From Hyphomicrobiales bacterium (GTDB lineage: Bacteria > Pseudomonadota > Alphaproteobacteria > Rhizobiales > Aestuariivirgaceae): a DNA stretch of 64,000 nucleotides. Made by a program: the position numbers and the translations under genes. Shown here in pieces: positions 51,121 through 62,260 of the stretch. The stretch spans positions 159-64,158 of the forward strand of contig JBBSBQ010000018.1 of NCBI GenBank assembly GCA_038251095.1. The letters are read 5' to 3'. Positions within the stretch are counted from its first letter, which is position 1. The number at the start of each line of letters is the position of its first letter. A model generated the notes under the pieces. The model did no database searches. It was not told where the DNA came from and saw only the letters and a list, made by a program, of their open reading frames with translations.

Positions 51121-53064
51121 CTAGGCCTTTTTGTTCTGCCGGTTCGCAATCAAATCATCCACCACGGTTGGATCGTTAAGAGTGGAAGTATCGCCCAACG
51201 AACCAAAATCATCTTCGGCGATCTTGCGCAGGATGCGGCGCATGATTTTTCCCGAGCGCGTCTTGGGCAGGCCCGGCGCAAACTGGATCCTGTCCGGCGT
51301 GGCGAACGGCCCGATTTCTTTGCGCACATGGGCCACCAGATCCTTCCGCAGCTCATCGTTGCCGGTCTGGCCCACCATCAGGGTGACATAACAATAGATG
51401 CCCTGTCCCTTGATGTCGTGCGGATAGCCGACAACCGCCGCTTCCGAAACTTTTTCATGGGAGACCAGCGCCGACTCAACTTCCGCCGTGCCAAGCCGGT
51501 GGCCTGAAATATTGAGCACGTCATCAACCCGTCCGGTGATCCAGTAGTAGCCGTCTTCGTCGCGCCGGCAACCGTCCCCCGTGAAATACATGCCCTTGTA
51601 GGTGGAGAAATAGGTTTGCACGAAACGGTCATGGTCGCCGTAAACCGTCCGCATCTGGCCCGGCCACGAATCGAGAATGACCAGATTGCCCGAGGTGGCC
51701 CCTTCGAGGAAGGCGCCCTTCTCGTCAACCAGGGCAGGCTGGCAACCGAAGAACGGCAATGTCGCCGAACCCGGCTTGAGTTTTGTGGCCCCCGGCAGCG
51801 GCGAAATCAGCGCCGCTCCCGTCTCCGTCTGCCACCATGTGTCCACGATCGGGCAGCGGCCATCGCCCACCACGCGGTGATACCATTCCCAGGCTTCCGG
51901 ATTGATCGGCTCGCCCACCGTTCCCAGCAGCCGCAGGGATTTGCGTGAGGTTTTGGTAACGGGATCTTCCCCCGCGCCCATCAGGGCCCGGATCGCCGTT
52001 GGCGCCGTGTAGAAGGTGTTGACCTTGTGCTTGTCGATCACTTCCCAGAAACGCGAGTTCGTCGGGTAGTTCGGCACCCCCTCGAACATCAGCGTGATGG
52101 CCCCGTTCGCCAGCGGCCCGTAAACGATGTAGCTGTGGCCTGTCACCCAGCCCACATCCGCCGTGCACCAGTAGATGTCGCCGTCATGATAATCGAAAAT
52201 ATACTGGTGCGTCATGGACGCATAAACCAGATAGCCTCCCGTGGTGTGCAAGACGCCCTTGGGCTTGCCGGTGGAGCCTGAAGTGTAAAGGATGAACAGC
52301 GGATCTTCCGCCTTCATTTTTTCGGGTTTGCACTCGGCGGAAACTTTTGCCGCTTCCTCATGGTACCAAAAATCTCGCGCTGGGTCGAAAGGCACCGCCC
52401 CGCCCGTCCGACGGATGACCAGCACCTTCTCGTTGCCGGCGCACTTTTTGAGCGCCTCGTCGGTATTCACCTTCAGGGGAATCTTCTTGCCGGCACGAAT
52501 GCCCTCATCGGCCGTGATCACGAGTTTTGAATCGCAATCATTGATGCGCCCGGCAAGCGAATCGGGCGAAAAGCCGCCGAACACGATGGAGTGCACGGCG
52601 CCAATGCGGGTGCAGGCCAGCATGGCATAGGCCGCCTCCGGGATCATCGGCATATAGATGGTCACCCGGTCACCCTTCTTCACGCCATGGAGCTTCATCA
52701 CATTAGCCATGCGGCACACCTGCGCATGGAGCTCGCCGTAGGTAATTTTCTTGTCGTCGTAGGGGTTGTCGCCTTCCCAGATGATCGCAGTCTGGTTGGC
52801 CCGCTTCTTCAGATGCCGGTCAATGCAGTTGTAGGAAACATTGAGAACCCCATCCTCGAACCATTTGATGGAAACTTTCTCATAGGCGAAAGAAGTGTTC
52901 TTAATTTTTGTCGGCACCTTGAACCAGTCCAGCCGCTTGGCATGTTTCGCCCAGAACTTGTCGGGATTTTTTACCGACTCCGCATACATCGCCTTGTAGC
53001 CGGCTTCATCAACGAAGGCGCGTTTTTTCCAACTGGCGGGAACCGGATAAGTCTTGGACGACAT
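51121..53064 (-). CDS. acs: acetyl-CoA synthetase
   Basis: [14 protein letters not shown]-binding motif, about 647 aa, ...[16 protein letters not shown]-terminus. Confidence 0.95.
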   Translation of the reverse strand: MSSKTYPVPASWKKRAFVDEAGYKAMYAESVKNPDKFWAKHAKRLDWFKVPTKIKNTSFAYEKVSIKWFEDGVLNVSYNCIDRHLKKRANQTAIIWEGDNPYDDKKITYGELHAQVCRMANVMKLHGVKKGDRVTIYMPMIPEAAYAMLACTRIGAVHSIVFGGFSPDSLAGRINDCDSKLVITADEGIRAGKKIPLKVNTDEALKKCAGNEKVLVIRRTGGAVPFDPARDFWYHEEAAKVSAECKPEKMKAEDPLFILYTSGSTGKPKGVLHTTGGYLVYASMTHQYIFDYHDGDIYWCTADVGWVTGHSYIVYGPLANGAITLMFEGVPNYPTNSRFWEVIDKHKVNTFYTAPTAIRALMGAGEDPVTKTSRKSLRLLGTVGEPINPEAWEWYHRVVGDGRCPIVDTWWQTETGAALISPLPGATKLKPGSATLPFFGCQPALVDEKGAFLEGATSGNLVILDSWPGQMRTVYGDHDRFVQTYFSTYKGMYFTGDGCRRDEDGYYWITGRVDDVLNISGHRLGTAEVESALVSHEKVSEAAVVGYPHDIKGQGIYCYVTLMVGQTGNDELRKDLVAHVRKEIGPFATPDRIQFAPGLPKTRSGKIMRRILRKIAEDDFGSLGDTSTLNDPTVVDDLIANRQNKKA

Positions 53065-53157
53065 GTGCGTTTTCCTCATAAGTTATGCCGCAATGTAAGG
53101 TCAGTTCTGCGTTCCTATCAAGTAGCTTAAAGTTTAAGCAGGTGCCATACAGCAGCC

Positions 53158-54066
53158 ATGATTATTTCCCGCCATTTCGTCTATTTCATATTTTTGGGCC
53201 TATTCTGGGGAATTTCCCAATCGCTCTACAAGGCCATGGCGTTGCAGGACATGCCGATAAGCCATGTCATCGTCTATGCGGGCTTTGGCGTGGGCCTTGG
53301 TCTTGTGGTCGCCGCTAGGATTTCCGGCACGCGCCTGGATTTCAGCCGTGAGGTCATTATTTTCGGCCTGGGCTGCGCCATTCTCCTCAACGTTCCCTTC
53401 GCCATCGGCCTCTATCTGATCCGCCACCTGCCCGCCACGGAAATGGCGCTGATCGTCTCCACCGCGCCTTTCTTTAATTACGTGATCGCCTTGGCCACTG
53501 GCCGGGAAAACGCCGTGCCGCGCCGCTTGCTGGCCGTGGCCGCAGGATTTGTTTCCAGCGCCATTCTGATTCTCTCGCGCGAAGGCATGCTGTCCGGGCA
53601 GATTTCCTGGTGGACTTTGGCTGCCTTCAGCGCCCCCATCATGTACACCGGCTACAACTGGTTCGCCGCCCATTTCTGGCCAAAGGACCGGGACGTGTAT
53701 TCCATAGGCGCGTCCGAGAGCTTCTGGTCCGGCCTCGTGGCGGTTCCATTCATGCTCTATTATGCCGCCCCCTGGGGGCCGGCCACGCCGGAGCTTTTGG
53801 CCTATTGGACGGTTCTCGTTGCGGGCATCCTGTGGATCATCGAGCGCATCGCCTTCTTTACGCTTATCCGTGACAAGGGCGCGGTTTACACCATTCAGGC
53901 CGTTTATGTTTCAACCCCCGCCGCCGTTCTTTTTGCCATATTCTTCTATGGCGGCGGCGCCGATATCTGGCTGTGGCTGTCCCTGTCGATCTTGATGCTG
54001 GCCCTCTGGCTCAACAATTCCGGTTCGGCCGTCAGTCCCGTAGCTGCCACACAGCCGTCTTCTTGA
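53158..54066 (+). CDS. DMT superfamily (EamA-like) transporter
   Basis: About ten hydrophobic helices arranged in two halves. Confidence 0.6.
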   Translation: MIISRHFVYFIFLGLFWGISQSLYKAMALQDMPISHVIVYAGFGVGLGLVVAARISGTRLDFSREVIIFGLGCAILLNVPFAIGLYLIRHLPATEMALIVSTAPFFNYVIALATGRENAVPRRLLAVAAGFVSSAILILSREGMLSGQISWWTLAAFSAPIMYTGYNWFAAHFWPKDRDVYSIGASESFWSGLVAVPFMLYYAAPWGPATPELLAYWTVLVAGILWIIERIAFFTLIRDKGAVYTIQAVYVSTPAAVLFAIFFYGGGADIWLWLSLSILMLALWLNNSGSAVSPVAATQPSS

Positions 54067-54676
54067 TTTCCGCGTCTTCAAGGTCGCGCGTTACCGGAAC
54101 ATTATACTCGACAAGTTTTTCAAGCTGATCCTTGGGCAAATAGCTCCGCCCGGGATCGCCGATGAATACCTTAGCGCCTTGACCCTGCGCCTGCCGCAGC
54201 CACGTCAGACAACGTGCGGCCAAAGTCTTTTCATAAAACAGATCGCCCACAAGAATGACATCGGCGGGTGGCGGTTGCTGATGCAACACGTCCTCCAGTT
54301 TGATGTCGAGACTCACCCGATTGAGGATGGCATTCATCTCAGCCGCAGTCGTTGCAAATTCATCGATGTCCGTTGCCACAATCGACGCGGAACCAGCCTG
54401 CACTGCAGCAATGGCCACAAGCCCGGAGCCAGTCGCCAAATCCAGAACCCGGAGATTTTCAACTCTGTCGGAATAATCCAGCACATAGCGCGCCAACGCC
54501 TGTCCGCCAGCCCAGGCAAAGGCCCAGAATGGCGGCGCCAGGCCCATTTCACCAAGCTCTTCCTCGGTCTTCTGCCACAGGGGCACAGCTTCATGGGCCA
54601 GATGCAATCTTATTTCCGGCACCAGCGGCGGCGACATCACACTCGTATTCTGCCGGATGAACTCCGCCTTGCTCAC
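54032..54676 (-). CDS. class I SAM-dependent methyltransferase (PrmA/METTL-like)
   Basis: VLDLATGSGLVAIAA motif I; DVILVGDLFYE. Confidence 0.7.
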   Translation of the reverse strand: MSKAEFIRQNTSVMSPPLVPEIRLHLAHEAVPLWQKTEEELGEMGLAPPFWAFAWAGGQALARYVLDYSDRVENLRVLDLATGSGLVAIAAVQAGSASIVATDIDEFATTAAEMNAILNRVSLDIKLEDVLHQQPPPADVILVGDLFYEKTLAARCLTWLRQAQGQGAKVFIGDPGRSYLPKDQLEKLVEYNVPVTRDLEDAEIKKTAVWQLRD

Positions 54677-55107
54677 GTCAGCCGCGGCGGCGTTTTAACC
54701 CCGCCGAGATCACAGATGATTTTCCATTCCTCGGCCGTCACCGGCTGCACCGAAAGGCGCGAGTTCTTCACCAACACCATCTCTTTCAGGCGCTTGTCCA
54801 GCTTGATGTCGTCAAGGGAAACCGGCTTCGGCACATCGATCAACGCGCGAAGATCAACGCACTCCCATGTATCGGCGTCAGCGGTTGAATCCTTGTGCGC
54901 CAGCTTGCACACCTCGACGATGCCGACAATCGCCCGCGCTTCATTCGAGTGATAGAAGAAACCTTTCTCTCCAAGCTTCATCAACCGCATGTTGTTGCGC
55001 GCCTGGTAATTGCGAACCCCGGTCCATTCCTCGCCGGCACTCCCCTTGGCCTTCTGCATGTCCCATGACCAAACGCCAGGTTCCGATTTGAAAAGCCAGT
55101 AGGCCAT
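54673..55107 (-). CDS. EVE domain protein
   Basis: MAYWLFKSEPGVWSW...VRNYQARNNMR...GFFYHS. Confidence 0.8.
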   Translation of the reverse strand: MAYWLFKSEPGVWSWDMQKAKGSAGEEWTGVRNYQARNNMRLMKLGEKGFFYHSNEARAIVGIVEVCKLAHKDSTADADTWECVDLRALIDVPKPVSLDDIKLDKRLKEMVLVKNSRLSVQPVTAEEWKIICDLGGVKTPPRLT

Positions 55108-55139
55108 GCTTACTTCTCCGGATTTTTGATCAGCCACTT

Positions 55140-55397
55140 TCATGGCTTGATTTCGACGGAAGCAAAAAGCCCGGCAACCGCATACGGATCGCGCCCCGCG
55201 ATTTCTGCAATCGCCGCGCGATTTGCGGCCTCGATAACCACCAGGCTGCCTGTGGGCTTGCCCTCATCATCGGTGAAGGGGCCCGCAGCCTTCAGCGTGT
55301 TGCCGAGGCCCTCAAGGAACTTGAGGTGTTCGGGACGCGATTGCTGGCGCAATTCAAGGCTGTCTGGTTTGTCCGTGCATATCAACGCAAATAGCAT
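55140..55397 (-). CDS. YciI family protein
   Basis: MLFALICTDKPDSLELR...RPEHLKFL... pattern. Confidence 0.75.
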   Translation of the reverse strand: MLFALICTDKPDSLELRQQSRPEHLKFLEGLGNTLKAAGPFTDDEGKPTGSLVVIEAANRAAIAEIAGRDPYAVAGLFASVEIKP

Positions 55398-55406
55398 GTC
55401 TTCTCC

Positions 55407-56312
55407 CTATCTGATTTCTTCACGAGCCGGCCGTGCCAGAAGCCTGGCAATTTCCAGGGCAGGTTCCGCCCCGTGATCAATAATCGCCGAAACCGCGGCC
55501 ACAATGGGCATGTCAACCTCATGCCGCATGGCAAGGGCCTGCGCAACCCTGGCCGTATGGGCCCCTTCAACAACCCCACGTGATGCGGCCAGCGCGGCAC
55601 TGACCGTTGCGCCCTGCCCGATCGCAAGGCCAAAGGAATAATTGCGCGACTGATGGCTGGAGCAAGTGAGCAAGAGGTCACCGAGACCTGAAAGTCCAGT
55701 CAACGTTTCGGGCCTTGCCCCTAGTTTTTTGCCAAAGCGCATCAGTTCGGCAAAGCCGCGCGTCGTCAGTGCCGCTCGCGCGCTGTCTCCAAGGCCTTTT
55801 CCATCGGAAATGCCACAGGCAATGGCCAGGACATTCTTCAAGGCGCCGCCGATTTCAACGCCCAGAATGTCGTCCGAGCCATAAACCCGGAACATCGGGA
55901 GGGAAAGGGCCTGGGCCCATTCACCGGCTTCCGCCAAGGTGGGAGCAGCAAGCGTCACAGCCGTTGGCAGGCCCTTGAGCACGTCGCTTGCGAAACTCGG
56001 GCCCGAAAGCACAAAGGTGAGCGCCCTCGGCACGACGTCCGCCACCACTTCATTCATGAATTTGGCCGTCCGCTGCTCAATCCCCTTGGCGATGATGATC
56101 AGCGGAATACCCGTGGGCGGCTTGATCAGCGTCAGCACATCGCGCACCGCCTGCGCCGGAACCGCCACGATGATGGCATCATGGCTGGCAAAAGAAATCA
56201 CATCAGATTTTTGCCGCGACCACATGCTCACGTCATGGCCTGCGGTTCTTGCAACATGGGCTAATGCCTGGCCCCACGCACCATTTCCCGCAATGGTGAT
56301 GCGCCGCTTCAA
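55407..56312 (-). CDS. gpsA: NAD(P)H-dependent glycerol-3-phosphate dehydrogenase
   Basis: [12 protein letters not shown] Rossmann motif; [12 protein letters not shown]; conserved neighbour of tsaD. Confidence 0.88.
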   Translation of the reverse strand: MKRRITIAGNGAWGQALAHVARTAGHDVSMWSRQKSDVISFASHDAIIVAVPAQAVRDVLTLIKPPTGIPLIIIAKGIEQRTAKFMNEVVADVVPRALTFVLSGPSFASDVLKGLPTAVTLAAPTLAEAGEWAQALSLPMFRVYGSDDILGVEIGGALKNVLAIACGISDGKGLGDSARAALTTRGFAELMRFGKKLGARPETLTGLSGLGDLLLTCSSHQSRNYSFGLAIGQGATVSAALAASRGVVEGAHTARVAQALAMRHEVDMPIVAAVSAIIDHGAEPALEIARLLARPAREEIR

Positions 56313-57403
56313 ATCTTCGCCCCCAGCTTGCCGGAACCATAAATCGGCGTTGACACCTCATCAAGCGGCCAGCGGGCCCGCGCCATGAAATTGAGATCAT
56401 CGACAAGGCCAAGCACCAAACGCTCGGCCCCAGCCCAGGCGATCATCGCCGCATTGTCGGTGCAAAGGCTAGCTGGCGGCACAATGTGTTTGAAACCAAA
56501 CTCATTGGCCGAATTTGCCAGAACGGTTTTCAATGCCATGTTCGCGGCAACCCCGCCAGCCACAATCAGGGCTGGCTCCTTCACCGCGGGATAGGCCTCG
56601 CGAAAAGCCGCAAAGGCCATCTTCAATCTGTCCTGCAGCGTTTCAGCCACCGCCAATTCAAAGCTGGCACAGACATCAGCAATGTCCTGCTCCGCCAGAT
56701 GCCCCAGGTTTTGCACCGCCTCGCGCACCGCAGTCTTCAATCCCGAAAAGGAAAAGTTGCAGTCCTTCCGCCCCTTGAGCGGGCGCGGGAAATCAAAACG
56801 CCGTGCATTGCCCTTGCGTGCGTATTGCTCCACCACGGGGCCACCGGGATAACCCAGTCCCAAGAGCTTTGCCGTCTTGTCGAAGGCCTCTCCCAGGGCA
56901 TCATCGATGGTTGTGCCCAGCCGGCGATAACGCCCGACACCTTCAACCAATTGAAATTGCGTATGCCCGCCGGAAATCAGCAAGAGCAAATAGGGAAAGG
57001 GGCAAGGCCCCAGCAGGCGGGGCGTGAGTGCGTGCCCCTCGAGATGGTTGATGGCGAGCAAGGGCTTGCCATGGGCCATGGCAATGGCCTTGGCCGTGGT
57101 AAGGCCTATGATGACGCCGCCCAGAAGCCCCGGCCCTGCTGTGGCGGCCACGCCGTCAAGCATCGGAAAGGCAATCCCCGCCTCGTCCATGGCTTGGGCG
57201 ATCAAACGGTCCAGGTGCTTGATATGAACCCGCGCCGCGACTTCCGGCACCACCCCGCCATAGGGTGCATGGTCCGCAATCTGCGAAAGCACGATATTGC
57301 TGACGATTTCCCCGTTGCCATCGGCAGTCCGGCGAATGACGGCGGCGGCCGTTTCATCACAGGACGTTTCGATACCGAGGATATGGATAGCAGCGGTGGC
57401 CAT
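56309..57403 (-). CDS. tsaD: tRNA N6-adenosine threonylcarbamoyltransferase
   Basis: [15 protein letters not shown]; LISGGHTQ; typical length. Confidence 0.92.
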   Translation of the reverse strand: MATAAIHILGIETSCDETAAAVIRRTADGNGEIVSNIVLSQIADHAPYGGVVPEVAARVHIKHLDRLIAQAMDEAGIAFPMLDGVAATAGPGLLGGVIIGLTTAKAIAMAHGKPLLAINHLEGHALTPRLLGPCPFPYLLLLISGGHTQFQLVEGVGRYRRLGTTIDDALGEAFDKTAKLLGLGYPGGPVVEQYARKGNARRFDFPRPLKGRKDCNFSFSGLKTAVREAVQNLGHLAEQDIADVCASFELAVAETLQDRLKMAFAAFREAYPAVKEPALIVAGGVAANMALKTVLANSANEFGFKHIVPPASLCTDNAAMIAWAGAERLVLGLVDDLNFMARARWPLDEVSTPIYGSGKLGAKI

Positions 57404-57478
57404 GGGTAATGGATGACGTCTCACAATTTAGCGGCTAGAACGAGGCCCGCTCTAGCATCCACCGGACATAACTTGCAA

Positions 57479-58393
57479 ATGCCGCGAATTAAGATTGGAA
57501 CCCGGGGGTCGCCCCTCGCCCTTATACAGGCCCGCGAAACTCGCGACCGCCTGATTGCCGCCCATGGCTTTGCTCCCGCTGACATCGAGATTGTCTCTAT
57601 TACGACCACGGGAGACCGCATCAGAGACCGCCCGCTGAATGAGATCGGCGGCAAAGGCCTTTTCACCAAGGAAATTGAAGAGGCCCTCTTGTCAGGTGAA
57701 ATTCAGCTCGCGGTTCATTCCATGAAGGACCTGCCCGCAAACCTGCCAAGTGGACTTACCATTGCCGCCGTCCTCCCCCGCGAGGATCCTCGGGACGCCT
57801 TTATGAGCCCCGTTGCAAACTCACTTGCCGAACTCAAATTGGGCGCCACTATCGGCTCCTCGTCGGTTCGCCGCACGGCGCAAGTGCTCAGGCTGCGGCC
57901 TGATCTGAAAACTGTGCAGTTTCGCGGCAATGTCGAAACGCGGCTGCGCAAATTGTCGGAAGGTGTTGCCGATGCCACTTTCCTCGCCTGCGCTGGGCTG
58001 AACCGCCTGGGCTTTGCCGATAAAATTACCGCAGCCATTCCGGTGGAGGTCATGCTGCCCGCCATCGCCCAGGGAGCCATTGGCATTGAAATCCGCGAAG
58101 ATGACGAGGCAACACGCAAATTGCTAAGCGCCATCAACCATCGCCAGAGCGAAATCACCTTTACCTGCGAACGCGCCTTCCTCAGGGCTCTTGATGGTTC
58201 CTGCCGTTCGCCCCTTGCGGGCTTCGCAACACTGAACGACGACACATTGAGTTTTCGCGGCCACGCCCTGACGCCCGATGGCATCCATTGTTTTGAAACC
58301 ACGCGCACAGGTTCGGCAAACGATGCGGCAAAAATGGGCGAAGATGCAGGCAAGGAAGTGAAGGCGCTCGGCGGCGCGCTGATTGCATTCTGA
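57479..58393 (+). CDS. hemC: hydroxymethylbilane synthase
   Basis: IKIGTRGSPLALIQA; AVHSMKDLP; GSCRSPLAG. Confidence 0.92.
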   Translation: MPRIKIGTRGSPLALIQARETRDRLIAAHGFAPADIEIVSITTTGDRIRDRPLNEIGGKGLFTKEIEEALLSGEIQLAVHSMKDLPANLPSGLTIAAVLPREDPRDAFMSPVANSLAELKLGATIGSSSVRRTAQVLRLRPDLKTVQFRGNVETRLRKLSEGVADATFLACAGLNRLGFADKITAAIPVEVMLPAIAQGAIGIEIREDDEATRKLLSAINHRQSEITFTCERAFLRALDGSCRSPLAGFATLNDDTLSFRGHALTPDGIHCFETTRTGSANDAAKMGEDAGKEVKALGGALIAF

Positions 58394-59076
58394 TGCGCCT
58401 TATCATCACCAGGCCGGAAGACGACGCGCTTCCCTTAAAAGCAAAATTGGAAAGCCGCGGCCATAGCGCCATCCTCGCCCCGCTCCTGAAAATTGTTCCG
58501 CGGCCCGGAGCCTATGTGCCACCGCTCGCCTATCAGCTCATTTGCACCACCAGCGCAAATGCCCTCAAGTTTCTGAACGTCGAGGACCGGCTGAAAACCA
58601 TTCCCCTGTTGGCGGTCGGTTCCCAATCGCTCACGACGGCAGAGGAAAATGGTTTCAAATTTGCCGAGGCCCACGGTGGGGATGTGCAGGGGCTCGCCGC
58701 TCATGCCTCCGCGAAGTTCGATCCGCAAAAAGGTCCCGTGCTTTATCTGTCCGGAGCGGAAACCTCCGCCGATCTGCAAGCCCTGTTGATGGTCTCCGGC
58801 TTCGCGGTGGAACGGGTCATCACCTATGATGCCGTTACTCAAACACCTGATGATATCGGGCCGGCGGTCAAGGGTGCCCATGGCGTTTTGCTGTATTCTC
58901 CGCGCAGCGCCCGCCTGTGGTACGACCTCATCGAGAATTCCGGCCTGGAAAGAAGGGCGGCGGCACTCATCTATTATTGCCTGTCGGAAAACGTGGCAAA
59001 AGCCCTTCCCGGATCATGGCAAAAGCGTGTCGCAAAAACGCCTGATGAAGCTGCGATGCTGGCCCTTCTTGATTGA
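58393..59076 (+). CDS. hemD: uroporphyrinogen-III synthase
   Basis: MRLIITRPEDDA... Position directly after hemC (TGATG overlap); typical length. Confidence 0.8.
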   Translation: MRLIITRPEDDALPLKAKLESRGHSAILAPLLKIVPRPGAYVPPLAYQLICTTSANALKFLNVEDRLKTIPLLAVGSQSLTTAEENGFKFAEAHGGDVQGLAAHASAKFDPQKGPVLYLSGAETSADLQALLMVSGFAVERVITYDAVTQTPDDIGPAVKGAHGVLLYSPRSARLWYDLIENSGLERRAAALIYYCLSENVAKALPGSWQKRVAKTPDEAAMLALLD

Positions 59077-59103
59077 CGCCCGCGAACCCGTTAGGCCTGT
59101 GAC

Positions 59104-60216
59104 ATGACACATGAAAATCCTGAATCACCCCTGAAGCCGCAGGTCATCGACCTGGAGGCCGAGGACGTAACCATGGAGGAGACGGGCCCTCCCGAAACTC
59201 CGCCGCCTCCACCTGTGCCGCCGAAGAAATCGGCGTTTCCCGCAGTCTGGCTGGCCGTCGCTCTGCTCATCGGGGCCGTTGCCGGCGGCTGGCTTTATAA
59301 GGATGTATTGTCATCTTACTTGCCCAGCAATGAACTGGTCACGGCCCTGGGCCGCATCGATACGCTTGAGGCCCAAGGCAAAACACTGGGCGAACAGCTC
59401 GCTTCCGTAGCCGCTGCTTCCGACCAATTGAAAACCGAAATTCAAGGCGCCGCGGAAATATCTTCCGCCGCACAAACTACAACAGCCGCCCTTGAAACGA
59501 GCCTCGCCGATCTCGAAGTCGCAATGCAAGCGGCAAAGGCGGAATTGGAAAAACTGAAAACCGCTCCTTCCACCGGAGGAACCTCAGGTATACCGGTGGA
59601 CACCAGCGCCGTGGCGGCCTTGGCACAACGCCTCGACGCCCTGGAAAAAGATGTGGCCAGCCTGAAAACGGTCAGTACGCCAAGTGATCAAACGGCGGCC
59701 ACCGCAACCCTTTCCCAATCCCTGTCCGATCTCAAAGCCAAGATTGCCGCAGGTGCTCCCTACCGCGCCGAGCTTGATCGCATTTCGCGCATGGTACCCG
59801 CCGCCGCGGGTCTCGACACTTTATCCGCCAACGCCAATGAAGGCCTGCCCACCGCGGCGGGCCTGGCTGCGGAATTGACCGCCCTCATACCCTTGCTGCC
59901 CAAGCCGGACATTGCATTGCCGTCATCGGAAAATTCTTACCTCGACAGTTTCTGGGATGCCATGAAAAGCGTGATCACCATTCGCCGCATTGGCGATACG
60001 GATTGGCCCGACCTTGCCGCGAAATCCGCCGCCCTTGCCGAGAGCGGTGATCTCGCTCAGGCCATTGAAAAAATCGACAAGGCGGAAGGCGCAAAGCCCT
60101 CGGTCCTCACCGGCTGGCGTGACCGCGCGGCGGCGCGCATTGCCCTTGAAGCAGCCCTTGAAGACACCTCGCAAGCCGTTCTGCGCCAGATCACCAGCAT
60201 GGGCGCCACGCCATGA
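59104..60216 (+). CDS. mitofilin (Mic60)-like membrane protein (COG4223 type)
   Basis: An N-terminal TM helix and a coiled-coil region. The C-terminal part reads ...SFWDAMKSVITIRR...GDLAQAIEKIDK... Position after hemCD matches the known alphaproteobacterial synteny. Confidence 0.7.
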   Translation: MTHENPESPLKPQVIDLEAEDVTMEETGPPETPPPPPVPPKKSAFPAVWLAVALLIGAVAGGWLYKDVLSSYLPSNELVTALGRIDTLEAQGKTLGEQLASVAAASDQLKTEIQGAAEISSAAQTTTAALETSLADLEVAMQAAKAELEKLKTAPSTGGTSGIPVDTSAVAALAQRLDALEKDVASLKTVSTPSDQTAATATLSQSLSDLKAKIAAGAPYRAELDRISRMVPAAAGLDTLSANANEGLPTAAGLAAELTALIPLLPKPDIALPSSENSYLDSFWDAMKSVITIRRIGDTDWPDLAAKSAALAESGDLAQAIEKIDKAEGAKPSVLTGWRDRAAARIALEAALEDTSQAVLRQITSMGATP

Positions 60217-61658
60217 TCAAGCTTCTTTGGCGCTTTGGCCTCCTGATTCTTGCCGCCCTTTTCTTTACCTGGCTGGCTGACAGGCCCGGCATCGTCACCA
60301 TTCAATGGATGGGCCGCGAAATCCAGATGGCCTTCGTCATTGCGGTCGCCCTCGCGTTTCTCACCCTCGCACTCCTCTGGTTTGTGTGGGGATTTTTCCG
60401 CAGGATTTGGCGCAGCCCCACGGCGGCGCGCGACTATTGGCGCTTTCGCAAGAACCGCAAGGCCTATGAATCCCTGTCGCGCGGCATCATCGCGGCCGGC
60501 GCCGGTGACAGCATCGCGGCGTCAAAACACGCAGCCATCGCCGGCAATGCCCTGGCGGATGAGCCGCTTGTGAATGTGCTGGCCGCACAAGCCGCACAAC
60601 TCAAGGGCGACCGCGCTTCAGTGAAGCTCATCTTCGAAGAGATGACGAAATCTTCGGAGACGGAAGCCCTGGGCCTGCGCGGGCTTTTTGCCGAAGCCCA
60701 GCAGAATGGCGATGTAACCTCGGCGATGAATCATGCGGAGCGTGCGCTTAAACTCAATCCGCGATTGGCCTGGGCCTCATCTGCCGTGCTGCAACTGCAA
60801 TCGCTGCGCAAGGATTGGCCGGGGGCGGCTGCAACTTTGCAGCAGCAGGCAAAATCCGGCCTCATGCCAGCCGAAGAAAGCAATCAGAAGCAGGCCATCA
60901 TGCTGGCGGCCCAGGCCCTTGCCATCGAAGATACAAATTCTGCCGAGGCACTCACCCTAGCGCTCAAGGCCCACAAGCTTGATGCCAGTCTTGTTCCCGC
61001 AGCGCTTGTTGCCGCGCGCAATTTCGCCAGCCAGAATTCACTGCGCAAAGTAAACAAGATCATCCGCGAAACCTGGGGGCACGCGCCCCATCCCGATCTG
61101 GCCGAAGTCCTCGCCCACGCAAAGCCAGGGGATGGCCCCGAACCCCGCTTCGAGCGCGTGCGCGATTTGGTGAGTGGGTCTCCTGACTCACTTGAAGGCG
61201 CTTACGCCCTTGCCCGCGCCGCGGTCGCTGCCCAGCGCTGGGACGCTGCCCGCAAAACACTTGAACCCTTTCTGGCTGACCAGCCCCAGGCGAGGATTTG
61301 CGCCCTCATGGCTGATATCGAGGAAGCCAGCGGCGACAAGGGCCGGGCTCGCGAATGGCTGGCCCGCGCCATCCGTGCGCCGAGGGATCCCATGTGGGTG
61401 TCCGACGGTGTGGCCTCCCCGCGCTGGGTGCCAATTTCGCCCGTTTCCGGCGAAATTGTCCCCTGCCAGTGGAAAACACCCTTTGAAATGCTGGCCGAAC
61501 AGAAGCCGGAAACTATCGCCGCACCCACCCCCGGAGTTGAATCCACACCAGTTAAGATTGCCACCCCCGCCATGGTCGAACTGCCACGGCCACCCGACGA
61601 TCCGGGCCTGGAAGATGACACAGGGCTTCGGAACCGAACCCTTGCGACAGACGGTTGA
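60213..61658 (+). CDS. HemY-like TPR membrane protein
   Basis: Two N-terminal TM helices plus TPR-like repeats. The gene follows the mitofilin-like gene with an ATGA overlap. Confidence 0.7.
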   Translation: MIKLLWRFGLLILAALFFTWLADRPGIVTIQWMGREIQMAFVIAVALAFLTLALLWFVWGFFRRIWRSPTAARDYWRFRKNRKAYESLSRGIIAAGAGDSIAASKHAAIAGNALADEPLVNVLAAQAAQLKGDRASVKLIFEEMTKSSETEALGLRGLFAEAQQNGDVTSAMNHAERALKLNPRLAWASSAVLQLQSLRKDWPGAAATLQQQAKSGLMPAEESNQKQAIMLAAQALAIEDTNSAEALTLALKAHKLDASLVPAALVAARNFASQNSLRKVNKIIRETWGHAPHPDLAEVLAHAKPGDGPEPRFERVRDLVSGSPDSLEGAYALARAAVAAQRWDAARKTLEPFLADQPQARICALMADIEEASGDKGRAREWLARAIRAPRDPMWVSDGVASPRWVPISPVSGEIVPCQWKTPFEMLAEQKPETIAAPTPGVESTPVKIATPAMVELPRPPDDPGLEDDTGLRNRTLATDG

Positions 61659-61702
61659 ATCCCGCGGCAAAACCGTATATCCACCCCCTGTTCATTGGCG
61701 TT

Positions 61703-61740
61703 GCCGCTTTAGCTCAGTTGGTAGAGCCCATCATTCGTAA
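61703..61740 (+). repeat. copy of the 5' half of tRNA-Thr(CGU), acceptor to anticodon loop, one mismatch
   Basis: GCCGCTTTAGCTCAGTTGGTAGAGCcCATCATTCGTAA compared with the tRNA at 62052. Confidence 0.8.
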
Positions 61741-61929
61741 GCAGTAAATCACTGCACCGTATGTGGAATCGGCAGGTGGACAACAGAAAGTGGTCAAAAA
61801 TCCGTCCGGCTTGAGTTTTTAGGGTATAGAGCTCAGATCGGAACTACTAGTAGAATACCCTGATTTCTGCCCTCAGAGTTCGCCGGTTGCAAATCGGCTG
61901 CAAGTCTGAAAAAAGACCCTACGTCTTGG

Positions 61930-61968
61930 GCCGCTTTAGCTCAGTTGGTAGAGCACATCATTCGTAAT
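61930..61968 (+). repeat. copy of the 5' half of tRNA-Thr(CGU), exact through the anticodon loop
   Basis: GCCGCTTTAGCTCAGTTGGTAGAGCACATCATTCGTAAT is identical to 62052-62090. The downstream sequence is only vaguely tRNA-like. Confidence 0.8.
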
Positions 61969-62051
61969 TAGCGGGTGGGTGCTCCAAAACTCAGTAGAAA
62001 CGGAAACTTTGACGAAACGATCTTCATCTAGTAGGCCATTAGTAGGCAACA

Positions 62052-62127
62052 GGCCGCTTTAGCTCAGTTGGTAGAGCACATCATTCGTAATGATGGGGTC
62101 AGGTGTTCGAGTCACCTAAGCGGCACC
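62052..62127 (+). tRNA. tRNA-Thr (anticodon CGU)
   Basis: Hand-folded: acceptor GCCGCTT/AAGCGGC, anticodon stem CATCA/TGATG with loop TTCGTAA, T-loop TTCGAGT, encoded CCA. Confidence 0.9.
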
Positions 62128-62260
62128 ATTATTAGACAGACACACAAACGCTGACTCTGTTTGTCTAGGTTTGAATCCTAGTCCCCAGCCAACAAAATCA
62201 AGCACTTACTACAACAGATCGCCCGCATAGTCATCCTACAGTCATCGAGCAGAGGAATAC

